NCBI GenBank assembly: GCA_977030845.1
Contig: OZ365113.1
Span: 37,944,001-38,008,000, forward strand
Length of the DNA: 64,000 bases
Reading direction: 5' to 3'
Origin: Fimbriosthenelais zetlandica
Lineage: Eukaryota
The notes beneath the pieces are model-generated. The model was not told where the DNA came from, did not search any database, and saw only the letters and a program-made list of their open reading frames with translations. Positions 1 to 13,837 of the stretch are shown here, piece after piece (positions within the stretch are counted from its first letter, which is position 1; every line of letters starts with the position of its first letter). The position numbers were made by a program, and so were the translations under genes.

Positions 1-3000
1 CAGTTTTTTCTTATATCAATACTTCATAATTTAATTATAAATAAACCAGTTCAAAACATCTTGGTGTGCAAGACAAGGGCCTCGCAGCATGCTACAATAG
101 AAAAGATTTATACTTAGTTTTATATGATGTTAAAATATTTTATTTCGAGTTTCCAAATAACTTTTGGTGATAGTGTACACATATATCTGGGAATATTATC
201 AGCTTATTGTCTAGCAGCGGATGCGGGACCATATATTGACAGGTGTTCATGTATTATGTATGTCAGAAAGAGGCTTGCCTGGGGCAAGCAATGACTTGAC
301 CACAAGTCATTATGTCCCTTTAACCTCTAAACAATAATGCAAGTCATAACATTGATCAGACATGAGGAGTTGGTCCCTGAAGGTTCAACATTTATACAGC
401 AATTAAGCTTTGATTATGCTATAGACCAACGCATGAGTAAATTTATGTAAATGGGAGAAATTAGGGGGAAACAATCAATATAATTTATCTCGTACCCCAA
501 ATCCGTCCTCATAATATAAGGAAACAATTATGGGTAAATTGAATACGATGGAATTTGATTCAGAAAATTGCCCTTTGGGTCTGTTGTTGACAGGAAAACT
601 AAAACTAAAACTCCAGCACAGACCCCATGTGCAGTAACATGTCTCAGGCTGTTTGTGTCATGTCTTTGTAGTATTTAACAATTTACATGTACCACCAAGT
701 GTTCTCTGGACCAAAGCCAGTTTGACGATGTCAAGAAGTTTTAGCACGCTATGAAACATTATTCTCCCTGAAAGACCTAAGCATGGGTCCCTGAGAAACG
801 AAGAAATGTACTTGAATATTACTGCCAAATGCTCGGCTGCCATTGAAATCAACAAAGAAAATCTACAACAACTATTTGACAGGTGGATATTTTGAAAGTC
901 GGCGGGCATGGGGTCAGCCCCGAAAAAATGGAGGTGTGTGTGTGTGGGGGCGGGGGGGGGGGGGGACCTGTGGCCCAACAAATTATTTGAGCGTCAAGAA
1001 TTCATATCTGAATTCAGAATCAGAATATCATAATTCATATCTGTGGGTGGATGGGTGCACGGGCTTCCTATATTGAGGCATATGAAGTCCCACAACAGTG
1101 AGTGAATATATAGGACATCTGAATTCTTGATGTATATGTGAGTCACATACACCAGCATAAAAATATGACATTATGTGGCAAGGAGGAGCACAAAATCACC
1201 AAGTGTTACAGTGAGGCACTGGTCTATGGTGATGGATGCGAGATTTGATCTCAGAGACCCCTAGTGTGTAAAACTGGAAGGAGACTCCTGCCTTGCTATA
1301 TTGAAACTCAAATCTTCTATATGAAATGTTGCAGTAATTGAGTAGTAATTCAATTGAATGCATCAATTAAATGCATTATTACTTGTAGATGGTTCTCTAT
1401 TTATTGTCTTTACACATTTCAATTTCTCATTTTTTATCATTATTACATGCAATTGATGCTTGGTTAAGTTCATAATGTTAAAATCATATACATGTACATG
1501 TAGTATCTTGTAGTATACTATAGGTCTGATATATAAAATGGTTCGTATAGGAGACATCAATAAGCAGACATTGCTCAAATCACGTACTCCTCCAATGATA
1601 AACTATTCCTACCTCTCGCGGACAATCCTCCAATGTTTATGCTTTTTCATGTGGAATTCTAAAATATATTCACCAGCTGTTAAAAATCCTTCCTAATCCA
1701 GAACAAGTTTACCGTTTTTGATGCCTTAAAACCAGATTTAGCCCTGTGGAATTGTATTATGCCGCTGGCCGGATGTATGTATGATTTGCCATTATGAAGA
1801 GTTCCCAATGCAAAAAGGGGGAGGGGCGGGGGGGAGGGGGTCTCTCTGCATCCATCCACTGCCATTGAGGCCAGTGTAGTACGATTGGTCGATAATCTAT
1901 AGTTACTGGCATGCTCCCCATGTTATTGACATGATAATGATAATTCAGTGGCCATAATCCATAAAGCTGGCCCTGAACCCTAAGTGTTAAGGCGGATTAG
2001 GATCTGGTACTAAGGGTATAATACAGGTGCTTATAATCCCTACACTGATCTTGAACATTTTAACATTTCATAATGTGTAATGATGCAAGAGAATTATATC
2101 TTGTTAATATTATTTCTCTCAGAAATGATTAGCCTACAATTGTGAGATATATTTACAAGATCACAATGGGGATTCTTGTAGAAAAGTGCATTCATTGTAA
2201 AAATTAATAAATACAAATCACCCTGTAACTGTTTTAAGTTCTATGCAATTCTATGAGGGGTGGAAAAAACGTAGACATGTGCATGGCTCAACAAATAAGT
2301 GATATAATATAATGAATAGAACATGAATTTGGAGAACGTACCATAAATCTGGCCCATCATCCAACCTACCCATAACATGGATGTCCATGTTATTTTACGA
2401 TGGGAAGTCTGTCCTTATTTCCTTAGTATTACAATACACATCCCCATGGACTCAAGTACACTGCCTCGAGCGACCAAAATAGTCCTTTTTGCACTGGTTG
2501 AATACAAATATATGAATTATCCATAAACTAACAAAGGATGTCATGTGGGAAACCAATCCTTGCCCACTTGCTCCACCGTGCTGCTATGAAATTCGATGCC
2601 ACCTGCCTAATCTACCTTTGTTCTCTGTGCAGGAACTTTGTCTCTGTGGTTATGAGGGATTGTGGCCTGAACTAAGTGGTAAAAGATGGTAGATGTCCAC
2701 AGGTGGTGGGATATGGACAGATTGTTGTCTTTATCAGACTGGGCTCCACCATCAACAGATGTTCTTCCTGCATCTGTGACACTCAATGAACACCTGGGAG
2801 TTACCTCTATTTAAATAAGGATCCACAGCACTTTGATACTAAATTAAAATTTGATTACCTGATCACCCAATGACATGGTGTAATTTATCACAGCATTCGC
2901 AGATATGAATATTAAAATTGCCTCCAATGTTACATAGTCCCACCCTAAAAAAGGGGGTCACTATAATATGAAAAATATTTTGCGATTGGAGATAACATTG

Positions 3001-6000
3001 CATAACAATTCAGTTTATAAATAACATTTGAAGTTTATTCCTAGATTTCATGTCCACACGAACCAGCCCCTTTCAATGGCACTAAAGCCAATTACTAAAG
3101 TTCCAAGACATGTCATCCTAAACCACATCTCCCATTAACTTCCATAGTAAATAGAATAGTACAAAGTCAAAACCTACCTTCATTGTTAGACAACCTATTC
3201 TGATTGCTGGGAATTCCTCTAAGATAACTCTGTGAAAGACCACTAGAATGACTGGCACCCTTCGGAGGGACTGGCTAAACTATGACTGCGGCCTGAGAGG
3301 GGAGGGCTAGAGAGGCACCTGAGATCTAGAAAGGCTTTGTCTGAAGTTTGACTGTCAGAAGTGAGGTCTCTGGATCTCTGTTTGAAGCTGTGTGGGTCTT
3401 GGCCAATAGGAGAAGCATGGACAACAGAGTGGGTGTATAGGGAACCAGCACCTGGAACCATGCCTCTTCTTGCTCCTTTATTCCTTCCTAGGCCAAGAAC
3501 TCTACATTCTATGCTTTTAGGCCTATACAATTATCCTAGTCTTGATTGTAACTAACTTTTATTCCTTGTCAAATTGTGGCCTCACCTTTCGTGTAACTTA
3601 TACGATTCCTTGATGTTTTTGATATTTGGTCCCACATAAAGGGAAACAAATAATTTACAAATTTGTTACAAGTATAGTCAGCATTTGTCCTTTTACTAGA
3701 CTCGTACAAATTGCTGATTTTTAGTTCCACCATACTGCATGATTGTAACACTTGCCCTCCTGCCTACCATACAATCATTGGCAGACAACTGTCTATTATT
3801 TCAAGCTTTATTGGCACATTAATTGCCTTATGTAAGGTCTGGAGCATACCGACTGTTTTCACTCCAATCGTTATGCAATTACCTCCAATGCTACTTGTCT
3901 CTACATCTTTATAGCTAGTGCTTCTATTCACACAGCTTATTGCACTTAACTCAATATTGTGTGCCATCTCACCCAGAAAATTACATTGAGCGTATTCATG
4001 TACATACAATGTTATACACTGTACATATACAGGGATTTTTTCTGTCTTTTTAATCAGTATTTCATGAAGTAATTGGGTGCAGTTAAATATACTTAATAGG
4101 CTCATTAGATGCACATTATAGTAGGAACATCATGAGTGACTATTACATTGTCAGGCGGTGTATATGCATAGCAAAAAGACTATGGATACATCTTTCAGTA
4201 TATTTTTTAGTTTATGTACTATACTTTTAAGACAGAACTGACAAAAGCCTATCATAGCAGGACTGAGGAAGACAACTGTTATATTTTTCTCTTCCTTCTG
4301 TTCAATTTAATTTACTTGAGCCATGGACAAAAGACTTTTGTCCTGGTTGCCTCAACTCTTGGATGACTGAGTGTATTTTTAGGATCAAGTTGCCCAAGAG
4401 ATAGCTGAGAGTGTAAAGAGATAAACTTAATCTCACGATCTTCTGCCAGAAGTGACTTAAGCTTTGGTGCATCCAGAGCAATACTGGGATATTTGCCTTG
4501 GGGTCAGGTTGGACTTGGGCCAGGCAAAGCCTATAGTGATTTCCTCAAAGGCCATAGTGCATACATGTACATGTAATCGTATAGATAATAAAATTGCTTC
4601 CTGATATTGATTTTAATAAGCAATCAAAACACTGGGGCCTTTATCATGTCAATATATTCATTAGTGAACAATATGTGTGTGATATTAAGTTCTTAAGGGA
4701 AATTGTGAAGGGTTTTGGTCAGCTATTTGCGTCCTATAGTATTATGCCATATATGGACTGTTAAAATCATAAACGGTCTTTTGCCATGGGCACATCTCCA
4801 CAAAAGCTCTCCTGCCAAAACCGTTTTGCCCAAACGCTTTGCCAGAAATCCAGACGGAATGACTAGCAGGAGAGATATCCAAATGTGATTATTTGAACCG
4901 TTGGGATTGCCATTTTTGGCCCAGGGTTTATGAAGTGCTGGATGCCCTTGGTTCTCAATGGGTAATTGACCTGAACTTAAGCTTAAAAATGTTTTTCATA
5001 GTCGTGGTCATATTTTTAATTCATGATAAAATAAGAGGACCCTATGAAAAAAACTCTGGAAAAAAATTCCCCAAGACACATGAATATTTCGTTTACCCCT
5101 GGCCCATTCTTTTGTAGCTTTTTAGTTACATTTTTTTTTATGAATTGTAAGGTTTTTAAGATCAAGCGGTGCGATATAAAACGAGGATTTTTTGTGGTTG
5201 GTAGAGGTGGTTTTGATGTTAATACAAGGTTGTCAGATGTGTCTTTGTTTAGTCCACCCTGATCTTACCCCGTGTGGTGTTAGATATAATAGGTAGGTCT
5301 ATCCTGATAAAGAGAACACTGCTGGAGGAATTAGCATAGTCTCACACACTACCTCTAGTGTGCTGCAAAGTAATCATCCACCTTTCTCATGTAATAATGT
5401 GGTATAATAACAAACTCTCTTTTGTCCTGCCCCTTCTCTCCTATTCTTCAACATAAGGGCAAGTTATGTATATGCATAAACACAGGTTCCCTGATTCAAA
5501 AGTCTTTGAGAATATGAGAATTTGAAGTTTCCATTTCCTTCCACTTCAGATCAGATTGTAGTCGGTCATTCGTCATTTGACTTGTAAGTGTAGGTTAGTA
5601 TTGGTATACATGGGCAGAGACAAATGTTTGCCGTCAAGAAAAGACAGCCAAAATGTTGTGTGTTTTTAAAAAAAATTGTAATTTAAGATTTCAATGGGTT
5701 CTCAAATTTTATGCATGGTCTGTGATTATATTTTCTTATCAAAAGTGCCTTATTCTGATTTGTCTAAGGTTTGTAATTTGAAAATCATCTTAGAAAGCAC
5801 AGCACACAAAAAGCAATTCATCTAGCACAAAATTACTGCTATTATCAAACTCAAAATTGAGTACCTTTATTGTTGCACAATTGCCCCTTAATCTGATAAG
5901 AAAGTTTCAAGAGAAAAACAATTTATCTCATTCAGGATGAAATAAAAAATCCTTTATTTCTCCACTGAGAAACTCTCTTAACTATATCTCTATGGTACAC

Positions 6001-9000
6001 ATATATATATCCCAATTTTAAGAATTCTTTTGATAGCAATAGACTTAGCATGGGGTGATGTGGGGTGGACAACTGTCTATCATATATCTTTGAAATGTAG
6101 ATAATACATATCTGTACAATAAATTAATAGAGATTTTTGAATAGGTGAAAGGGTCTGCCTACCCCCAGAGCATATAGGAGGTACATCTGGGGACATACAG
6201 ACTGAAAACTGTTTTGAACTTGTAAAAGGCTATTCTTTTCAAAGCTTTCTTTTCTTTTGAACTTTAACCTAGTCTCATTGAAAATAATTCTCCCAAAGTA
6301 TATTCAACTGGAGGTCATGCTTTACCATACTAGGAGGATTTCACGCCTGAGGGTGTTGGATGAAACTAGTCTTAAGTTGGTCATTTTGGTTCAACTTGAG
6401 GGCATGTCACACCTGAGGGCAACTTAGTCCCAGATACTGTGAAATATGCCCCTCCAAACTATAAGCAAGTATAGAATAGAATTAAAATGAGCTAAAATGA
6501 GAATTAAAAAAGCTATGTAGTTCTTTTAAATACCAATTTGGTTAACATAATCTAAATCATTATGAATGCCATAACTTCATATTTAGTTATCATTCTCATC
6601 ACTTATGGATGTGGTCTCATTCCTTGGATGTTTGTGGCTATATGAGTTTTCGGTTTATTACCCTTCTAGCACTCTATGTCACATATTCTCCACCCATTTC
6701 TGTAAGCAAGGCCTGGTTTTGAACACGTTTCGCGTGTGACTTTGGTCTGTGAATCTGCACGATTCACTGCAGGCTGACCATGCTTCTCCAAAGTTGTCAG
6801 TGCTAAATTATCAAGAAATGAGTTTTTCTCTCACCTATACTTGAACAAAATGGTTGCTGTCGCGACCATTGCGACTCGAGCAACTTCAGAGCTCCACTGG
6901 TGACCCTTGCGAACTAAATATACTAGTCGCAACAGAAATATCCAACAAAAAAATCGCTGAATTCTCATGGTAACGAAAAATGTCAGTGGAACTAGCCTAT
7001 AAATGGTGTACTTCTAGGACCATGTCTGACAATGCCTCTACCCGGTAACATGGAGTATATGTAAAGACCACATGCTCGTGTGGCCATGTTTACCTTCATC
7101 TCTTCTTTATTTTGAGACAGGCTGGCAAATAAAACCATGCAGAGTTTGGATGTCATGGCTATATAGCCTATAAGCATATGACATTATATGGGACAGTTGT
7201 AGTTGGTCTCTGAGAACAAGACCTTGAGTGTTCCTTGGTGCCAGAATGAGCATTTATTAGTCATGGTTTTTATGTTTGATGTATACATGTAATATACAGA
7301 TGGGATTTGGGGAAGACATGGCATAATATCAAAGCTGGACTGGACCTTTTTGTGGTCTTCCCATTACTCCAGACTCATAAGATAAGAAAGCTGAAGCATA
7401 TAATACATGTAACCTCCTAACTCTGTGATCCTTCTACACCCCAGGCCTAGAAGATCCTAGACATCCACCAAAACATAGGTTATAATATGTCTAAAATACT
7501 GGCCTGGTAGTCTCAACCACTACCTCTACATAGCAATGATCCAGGGGGGGGGATTCCCTTACAAATCTATGGTATGACACTGCAAAGGTATATGAAAAGA
7601 CGTAATTTGACCTTTCAAATGAAACAAGATACTCAAAAGGACTTGCCAGAAAAATGAAGTAGCAGACCTTTGTCCCTGGAGCAATGCTTATGTTTCATGA
7701 TTGAGTGAGTATGAGTGAAATGTGTAAATAGGTGTTTAGATTGAGTGAGAAGGGGAGAGGGGTGTAACAGGTTTGACATTGAGCATGGGCCCATTGTTCC
7801 AGGCATAAAGACAGACACTTGCTTGGGGTGTAGAAGGCATTTCAGGCCACGAGCCAGCGGAGATATAAATTATTTTGTCTTGAATATTTAATGACTGCGG
7901 GGAGCAGAGGGGGTAATTATTTTCCTTTAATTAACACGCAACCACGAGTATAACTATGCTGTCAATGATTCAAAGAAAGATAACTCTTTGTTTTCTGGAG
8001 ATTCTGAAATATAAGGTCTTAGATATAAGGTCTAATTTCAACACAATTCAGCAGATAAGAATTGATGTTGATAGCATATCTTGAGTCAATGAGTTATAGC
8101 CATATTTGGCCTTTGATTATTATATCTGTTGACTGGGAATTGGACCATGACTTAGACTCTATCCAGGTCCCTTCCATTGAGATAGTCAGGGAACATTTAT
8201 GGTTAGTTATGACTTACTGGCATGTTCATCATAACTTGATTGATACCTGTTTGTTTTGACTTACAGTCTACTAGCTCACACCATTTTCTCTTGAATGAAC
8301 GCTTCAGATTATAACAGAACATAATGTCATGTCCACATGCAATCCATGTTCATACATCCATAAATATACAGAGATATGAGCAAGTGCACAAGTAGACTGC
8401 ATTACCCCTCTGAACCAAAAAAGTGCTTATATAAAAGATATCTAGCAAGGCCTATTGGGTATATATTTCAATCTGATGCATATATTTGCATGCGAAATAA
8501 CCTTGTCTTGTGACAGTCTAGTCTGTAGGTTATATTCTACTAGCATTTGATCATTTGATTCCCACAGTATTTTTTCACCCCAGACGAAAAAAATACCGAC
8601 AATGCCCATTTATTCCCCAGCCACAACTCTCTTTTCACATTGACATTTTCCTATGATCACCATGTACTATTCACAGATCTAATATTCCCATTTTAATCCC
8701 CCACCCACTCACAAACGCCCTTTGCCATTTTCATGCAATACTTGTCCAAAATGAAAAGAAAGACACAAACCCCTTCTCATCAATCTTCCATCTGTTTTGC
8801 AATTCAATACGCCGGCACCTGTTATAGGTGAAAGGCACACATTTCAACCTATATATGATGTCAGCTTAAAGAAACACAGATAGGTGCTGGTTTGTGCGGG
8901 TACCAAGACTACAGAATATATTTAAGTTTCTAAATCATTCCAAGCAAGACCAATGGACCAACTTACAATGACGTGTCTGGGTTAAAATTCACTGTCTGGA

Positions 9001-12000
9001 TTGAGATATAGTGGGTGGGGGTCGGGGTGGGTAAAAGAGAGCTAATTATTATCCCAGCACACATCTAGGTGTCTTGAATGTTCTTCTCTCTCTCCACCAT
9101 CCACCTAGTCGCGTGTAAAGTCTCTGTATGAAATATTAATGTGCTTACCTAATAATTGGTAGTTTGAGCCAGGTGGTGGACTCTCAACAAGTACAGGTGT
9201 CAGGCAGTTATAGTAACTCATCCCATTCATATCATGATATATTTGTCATCGTTCTGCTACTGTCAAGTTTCATATTATTTTCCATATTATTTTTCAAATA
9301 TTTTTGTCTCAAAATAGGTTAGTATTGAATAGGATCAATATATTAAGCAGATGTTCTGGGGATTTTTTGCTAAAAGATTTCATCTGCAAGTTGATATCCT
9401 AATATTAAGTCCATAAATCTCTAAAATGTATTCCAAAAAATTCATTTGTATTCTTGAAATAGTGCTTTAATAGAATTCAGATAGTTTTACTATACCCCAG
9501 TATGTCATAGTGATGGTATTTGTCATATTGAGTTCAAATCAATTATCCTCCTATTGTTTACCCATTATTACCTGGATCTAATTAGTGTTCATTATACATT
9601 GTTAATTCCCCTCATTATCTTGTATTTCAGACCTTTCCGTGCAAATCCCTATCCCACCCTTATAGTATTCCCAGTTGGCATGGCATGACCTCACCTTTCT
9701 TGTTTTTCCCCAAACAGGAGCAACAAGTGTCCATAGCAACCGATTTAAGCTCAGTTATTCTTTCCCCCTGGGTGAATAATCTTACTGAAGTGGAAGAAAA
9801 GACTCCTTCCAGCATCAGCACTAACAAAAATGAATAATCCATAAAATGAAATTTAAATATTCATCACTGTAGTATAATGTACATAAATAGACTAACATGA
9901 TTTGGTTCATGAAAAGGTCAACATATACTTAGCTTTTATTGACAAATATTAGTTGAAATATAATCTTATAGGAGAGGTGTATATATTATGTTATGTGAGG
10001 AAGCTCATGTCCTCCTTTTGCCAGCCAAGTCTCCTTACCTTCACTCAATTCAATGTAGTTTCACGCCCGGTGTCCTCGCTATAGGAGGGCATTGGATCCC
10101 AGACCAGTATACATTCTCCTAAATCCCCAGGTACAAATCCACTTCTCCAGAGCATTGGAAGCACATGAGGGATATACCCCAGGTGTTTATTTCTCTGAGT
10201 TTAGGGGCTGATACCTATTGGGTTAATATCTATGGGAGGTAACAGCCGGTGGTTCAGTGTATAAAAGTTGGTTGGGAACCGGCCGGCCGGTCCAGCAAGA
10301 CTTGTGTTGGTAGGACATCCCACTGTCTGTATATATGTGGATGTGTGTGTGCTGGTTTAAGCCAGGTACAAGCCACCACTGCTGTAAGACTCACCTGGCT
10401 GGTTGTGTTCGGAAACGCACCCAGCTGGAAGGTGCACCAGACCGTGGTGGTTCGGGTATTAGGATATGTTGGCGGATGAGATACGGGGATATTTATTAAT
10501 GGGAGATGCTTCCATCTGAGATTGAGAGGAAAATGTTTGTTACTAAATTGATGACGTAGATAGGGAAGTTGTGTCCGAAAATGAGGGGAGAATGATCAAA
10601 TGAGAAGATCTGTCTCATGCTTAAGATACAATTTGTACTAAGAAAAGAGGAAAAGTATCTCCGTTCAATCATTGCCCAGAGGCTTCCTGGGAACTCTCTT
10701 CATAATTATACCCTACTTTCTTTGACTCCTTCTTCTAGCCTTCTCTGCCTACTTCTCCCGATATGCATATGTGTCTATGTAGCTTTACTTAGACTGCCAT
10801 GTATGTACATGCATATTATAATATTTGGATTGTTACCTTTGATATATCAGTTTGCAAATGAATTTCATTTATCATTAATAATTATATTTTTCTTTTCTTT
10901 TACTCTTGGTTTAGATTTTTAACAGATAATGAATGAATGAACCTGAATGAACCCCATAAAATAAGAGTATAACCCTGGCATGTCGTTTCCCTGAGGGCAA
11001 CTCGTGAGCATGACGAGAAATTGATCATTGAAATTCATGTAGTTATTCAATTAAGTGCAATAACTGATGTTGCTTAATTTCCACCAACTCTTGTGCATAT
11101 AACTGAAGGAATACCCCCCTGGTAAATTCCCAGATATAATTCAATCCATCACATATATTCATAGCTTTGATGTTCAAATCCGACTAAGTTTTAAGATTTG
11201 ATCATCAAATGAAGTAAACAATGAATCAGTCTTTTTTTATATTGCCCCAGTGTGCTGAACATCTGCAAAACATTTAATATTTGCCTAAGGCATATGTCTC
11301 ATAGACACGATGAAATAGTGGGCAAATACTCGAGGATTAAGCTCCGTGACACAAGCTATGAAATAGAAACCAAAGAAAGTTCAACCCTTTTCTTTACCCA
11401 TTCAGGTATCATTCAATAGCCCCTCCCCCCACGCCCTTTATGTACCTTGTAGCCCTAAGGGAATCCTTGGAGACAGGATCAACTCGATCCAATGACCTGT
11501 ATGGGTTTTCTCTACATATGTATACATGTAAATATACAGTTTATGCCACCCTCCATGCTGCCCCATTACCCACTACCCCAGGTTTCATGTCTTACCAACA
11601 CAGATGATTATTGGAGTAGAACTGGTACCTAGACAATAGTCCTGGACTTACATCTCAGCTGACTTATCAATAGTTTTTCCATTGCTCATCTATCCTTCTC
11701 ATTCTCAGACAGTCCTGGGGTTTCCCTCCCTTGCCTCATTAGAGGAGAAAGTTCACGAGGCTTTGAAAAGCTTTGATCTATTGATTTGAATACACTAGAG
11801 AAAAAGCTTTTGGTGTCCTACATTGAATACCCGAACAAAGTGTACAGAGCCAAGATTGCGCTCATCTGGAATTGGCAGAATTTTGTAACAGTTACTACAT
11901 GTACTCTTCATAATTTTGACAATAATTTTGAAAGGTAGCGCTCCACTAATCTGAGACAAATCACTGTAGTGTAGAATAACTTGTCATTAATATTGAGTCT

Positions 12001-12009
12001 TGGATCTTC

Positions 12010-12279
12010 CTCAGATCAATGTGCCCCTGGTATATAATATATAATTATGTTTCTTCCATAACCTTTGATATGGCCTGCTGGAGTATGGCAGTCATAATTT
12101 TGAAAATACTTTTGAAAATATGCTACCCCCTGCCCGAGACAAGTCACTTGACTTTGCCCTTTTGGTTTGGTGCCAGACCTTTCTCAGATCAATTTGCCCC
12201 TGGTATATTATTTATAATTAGATGTGTCATGTATCATTGGGAACCTTTGAGATGGCCTGCTTGTTATGGTAGTTATAAT
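12010..12279 (+). repeat. Diverged direct repeat (about 90-bp unit, 173-bp spacing)
   Basis: CTCAGATCAAT.TGCCCCTGGTATAT...AACCTTTGA.ATGGCCTGCT occurs at 12010 and at 12183. Confidence 0.8.
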
Positions 12280-13554
12280 GTGGGTTGATGTGTAATGTTT
12301 TACGTCCTACTATTGATCTGGGATGCTGCTTGAGGGTACATGTAGGCTATATTGATCCTCAAATCGATTTCAGTTATGAAACTCGGTCAGCTACAGGTTC
12401 TTTTTTTTTGTTTTTGTTTGTCTACAATATCTTGAAGAAAGGGGCCTTTGTGTTTTGGAAGTTAACTCTATATGACATTTTTTCTGATATGAAGGGAGTT
12501 AGAGAGTCACGTGAATAGAATATTTGGGAAAAGTTGTACAAAATGTATATTAGAAATGATGTATAAAACTGTTGGTCAAGCAAACAAATATTGATTGTGG
12601 GAAATATAGAAATGCTAGGGAAATATAAAAGAAATGCTGGGGAAATATTGGAAAAAGTCTCAGTGAAAAAATAATATAATGCCCTCAGGATAATCACAAT
12701 TTAGGTACCAGTACATGTACAGAACTCTGGTAAAAATTGTGGATAATTTCCATTCATGTCACCTGTTGGCATTTACATACGTGTACCCAGAATCAGGGAA
12801 GTCCCCAACCTTCCGGCCGGGAGATCACAAGCGTCGGCATACACCCTGTTGAATGGGAAGCGAAAAAACTGAAATGTCAAATATCACATGGACTTCATGC
12901 CAGGCGCATTCAAGCTAGTTATTAGATGATCCATGGATTTGAGCAATATCTAGAAATATTAGTCCCAGATGAGGGAATGAATGAATATTTTAACCAACAT
13001 ATTCAATACGTTTTATCCATTCAAATGTCTTTTCTATTAGTTTCTGAGATAAAATCTTATCAAAGGACATCTACCTACCTAAGTTTATGTAACCTTTCTA
13101 TTTTCATTGCATTGACATAAACCTAGCTTTCCTGAACCCTATATTTGACTCGGGGTGAAATGGAGCCCTGTAGCCATTTCACACAATACCTGGGGATTTA
13201 GTTCCTGATCCCTCTGGCTCCGACAGTCCTAAGAGCTGCCTCTATATATGACCATCTAATGCTTTGTCACAGGCTCTGTCTGCCACCAGGACAAAGAGAA
13301 AGTTATTCAAGTGAAGGGTGCTTCTCCAAACAGGCGTTAAGCGGAAAAGTGGAAAGATTAGTTCTTTATTAGAACCCTAATGTAGCCCAGAGGTACCTTG
13401 CAAAGACATTTCCATGCTATAAATGGACCATATGAGAGAAATAAAGATGAAAAATCCATATAAGTATACATGTATTGGGAAATATTCGGGGATTCAACAA
13501 TTGATTGACTGAATACAAATACATGTACCGAATCTATGGTTGTATTCTAGTTTT

Positions 13555-13634
13555 ATTGTCCCTGGATGCCAGTTATATTGTCCTTGGATGCCAGATATAT
13601 TGTCCTTGGATGCCAGTTACATTGTCCTTGGATG
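13555..13634 (+). repeat. 22-bp tandem repeat, about 3.6 copies
   Basis: ATTGTCC(C/T)TGGATGCCAG(T/A)TA(T/C) starting at 13555, 13577, 13599 and 13621. Confidence 0.92.
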
Positions 13635-13837
13635 AAAAGTGGCCTATTTGCGCTGACAAAAAGGCCATAATAAAATAAATATTTTTTTAAAATCCCAAAC
13701 TGACAAAAAGGAACTTACTTGAGAGGCATATACTCCACTGATCTGTATTTTACACTGCAGCATCTTGGACCTTTTCCATCAACATATTCAACAAATTTTT
13801 CTTATTTAATTAAAGATGTTTTACTTATATTTGACAG

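Noticed and set aside
3243-3530. Ser/Pro-rich 95-aa minus-strand ORF as a terminal exon
   Set aside because: No recognisable homology, and the nearest acceptor does not join in frame with the donor at 3586.
6700-6990. CpG-rich segment as a non-autonomous transposon, likewise 49280-49680 with three TTCCATAACTT copies
   Set aside because: Composition is suggestive, but I could not define terminal repeats, target-site duplications or a second copy.
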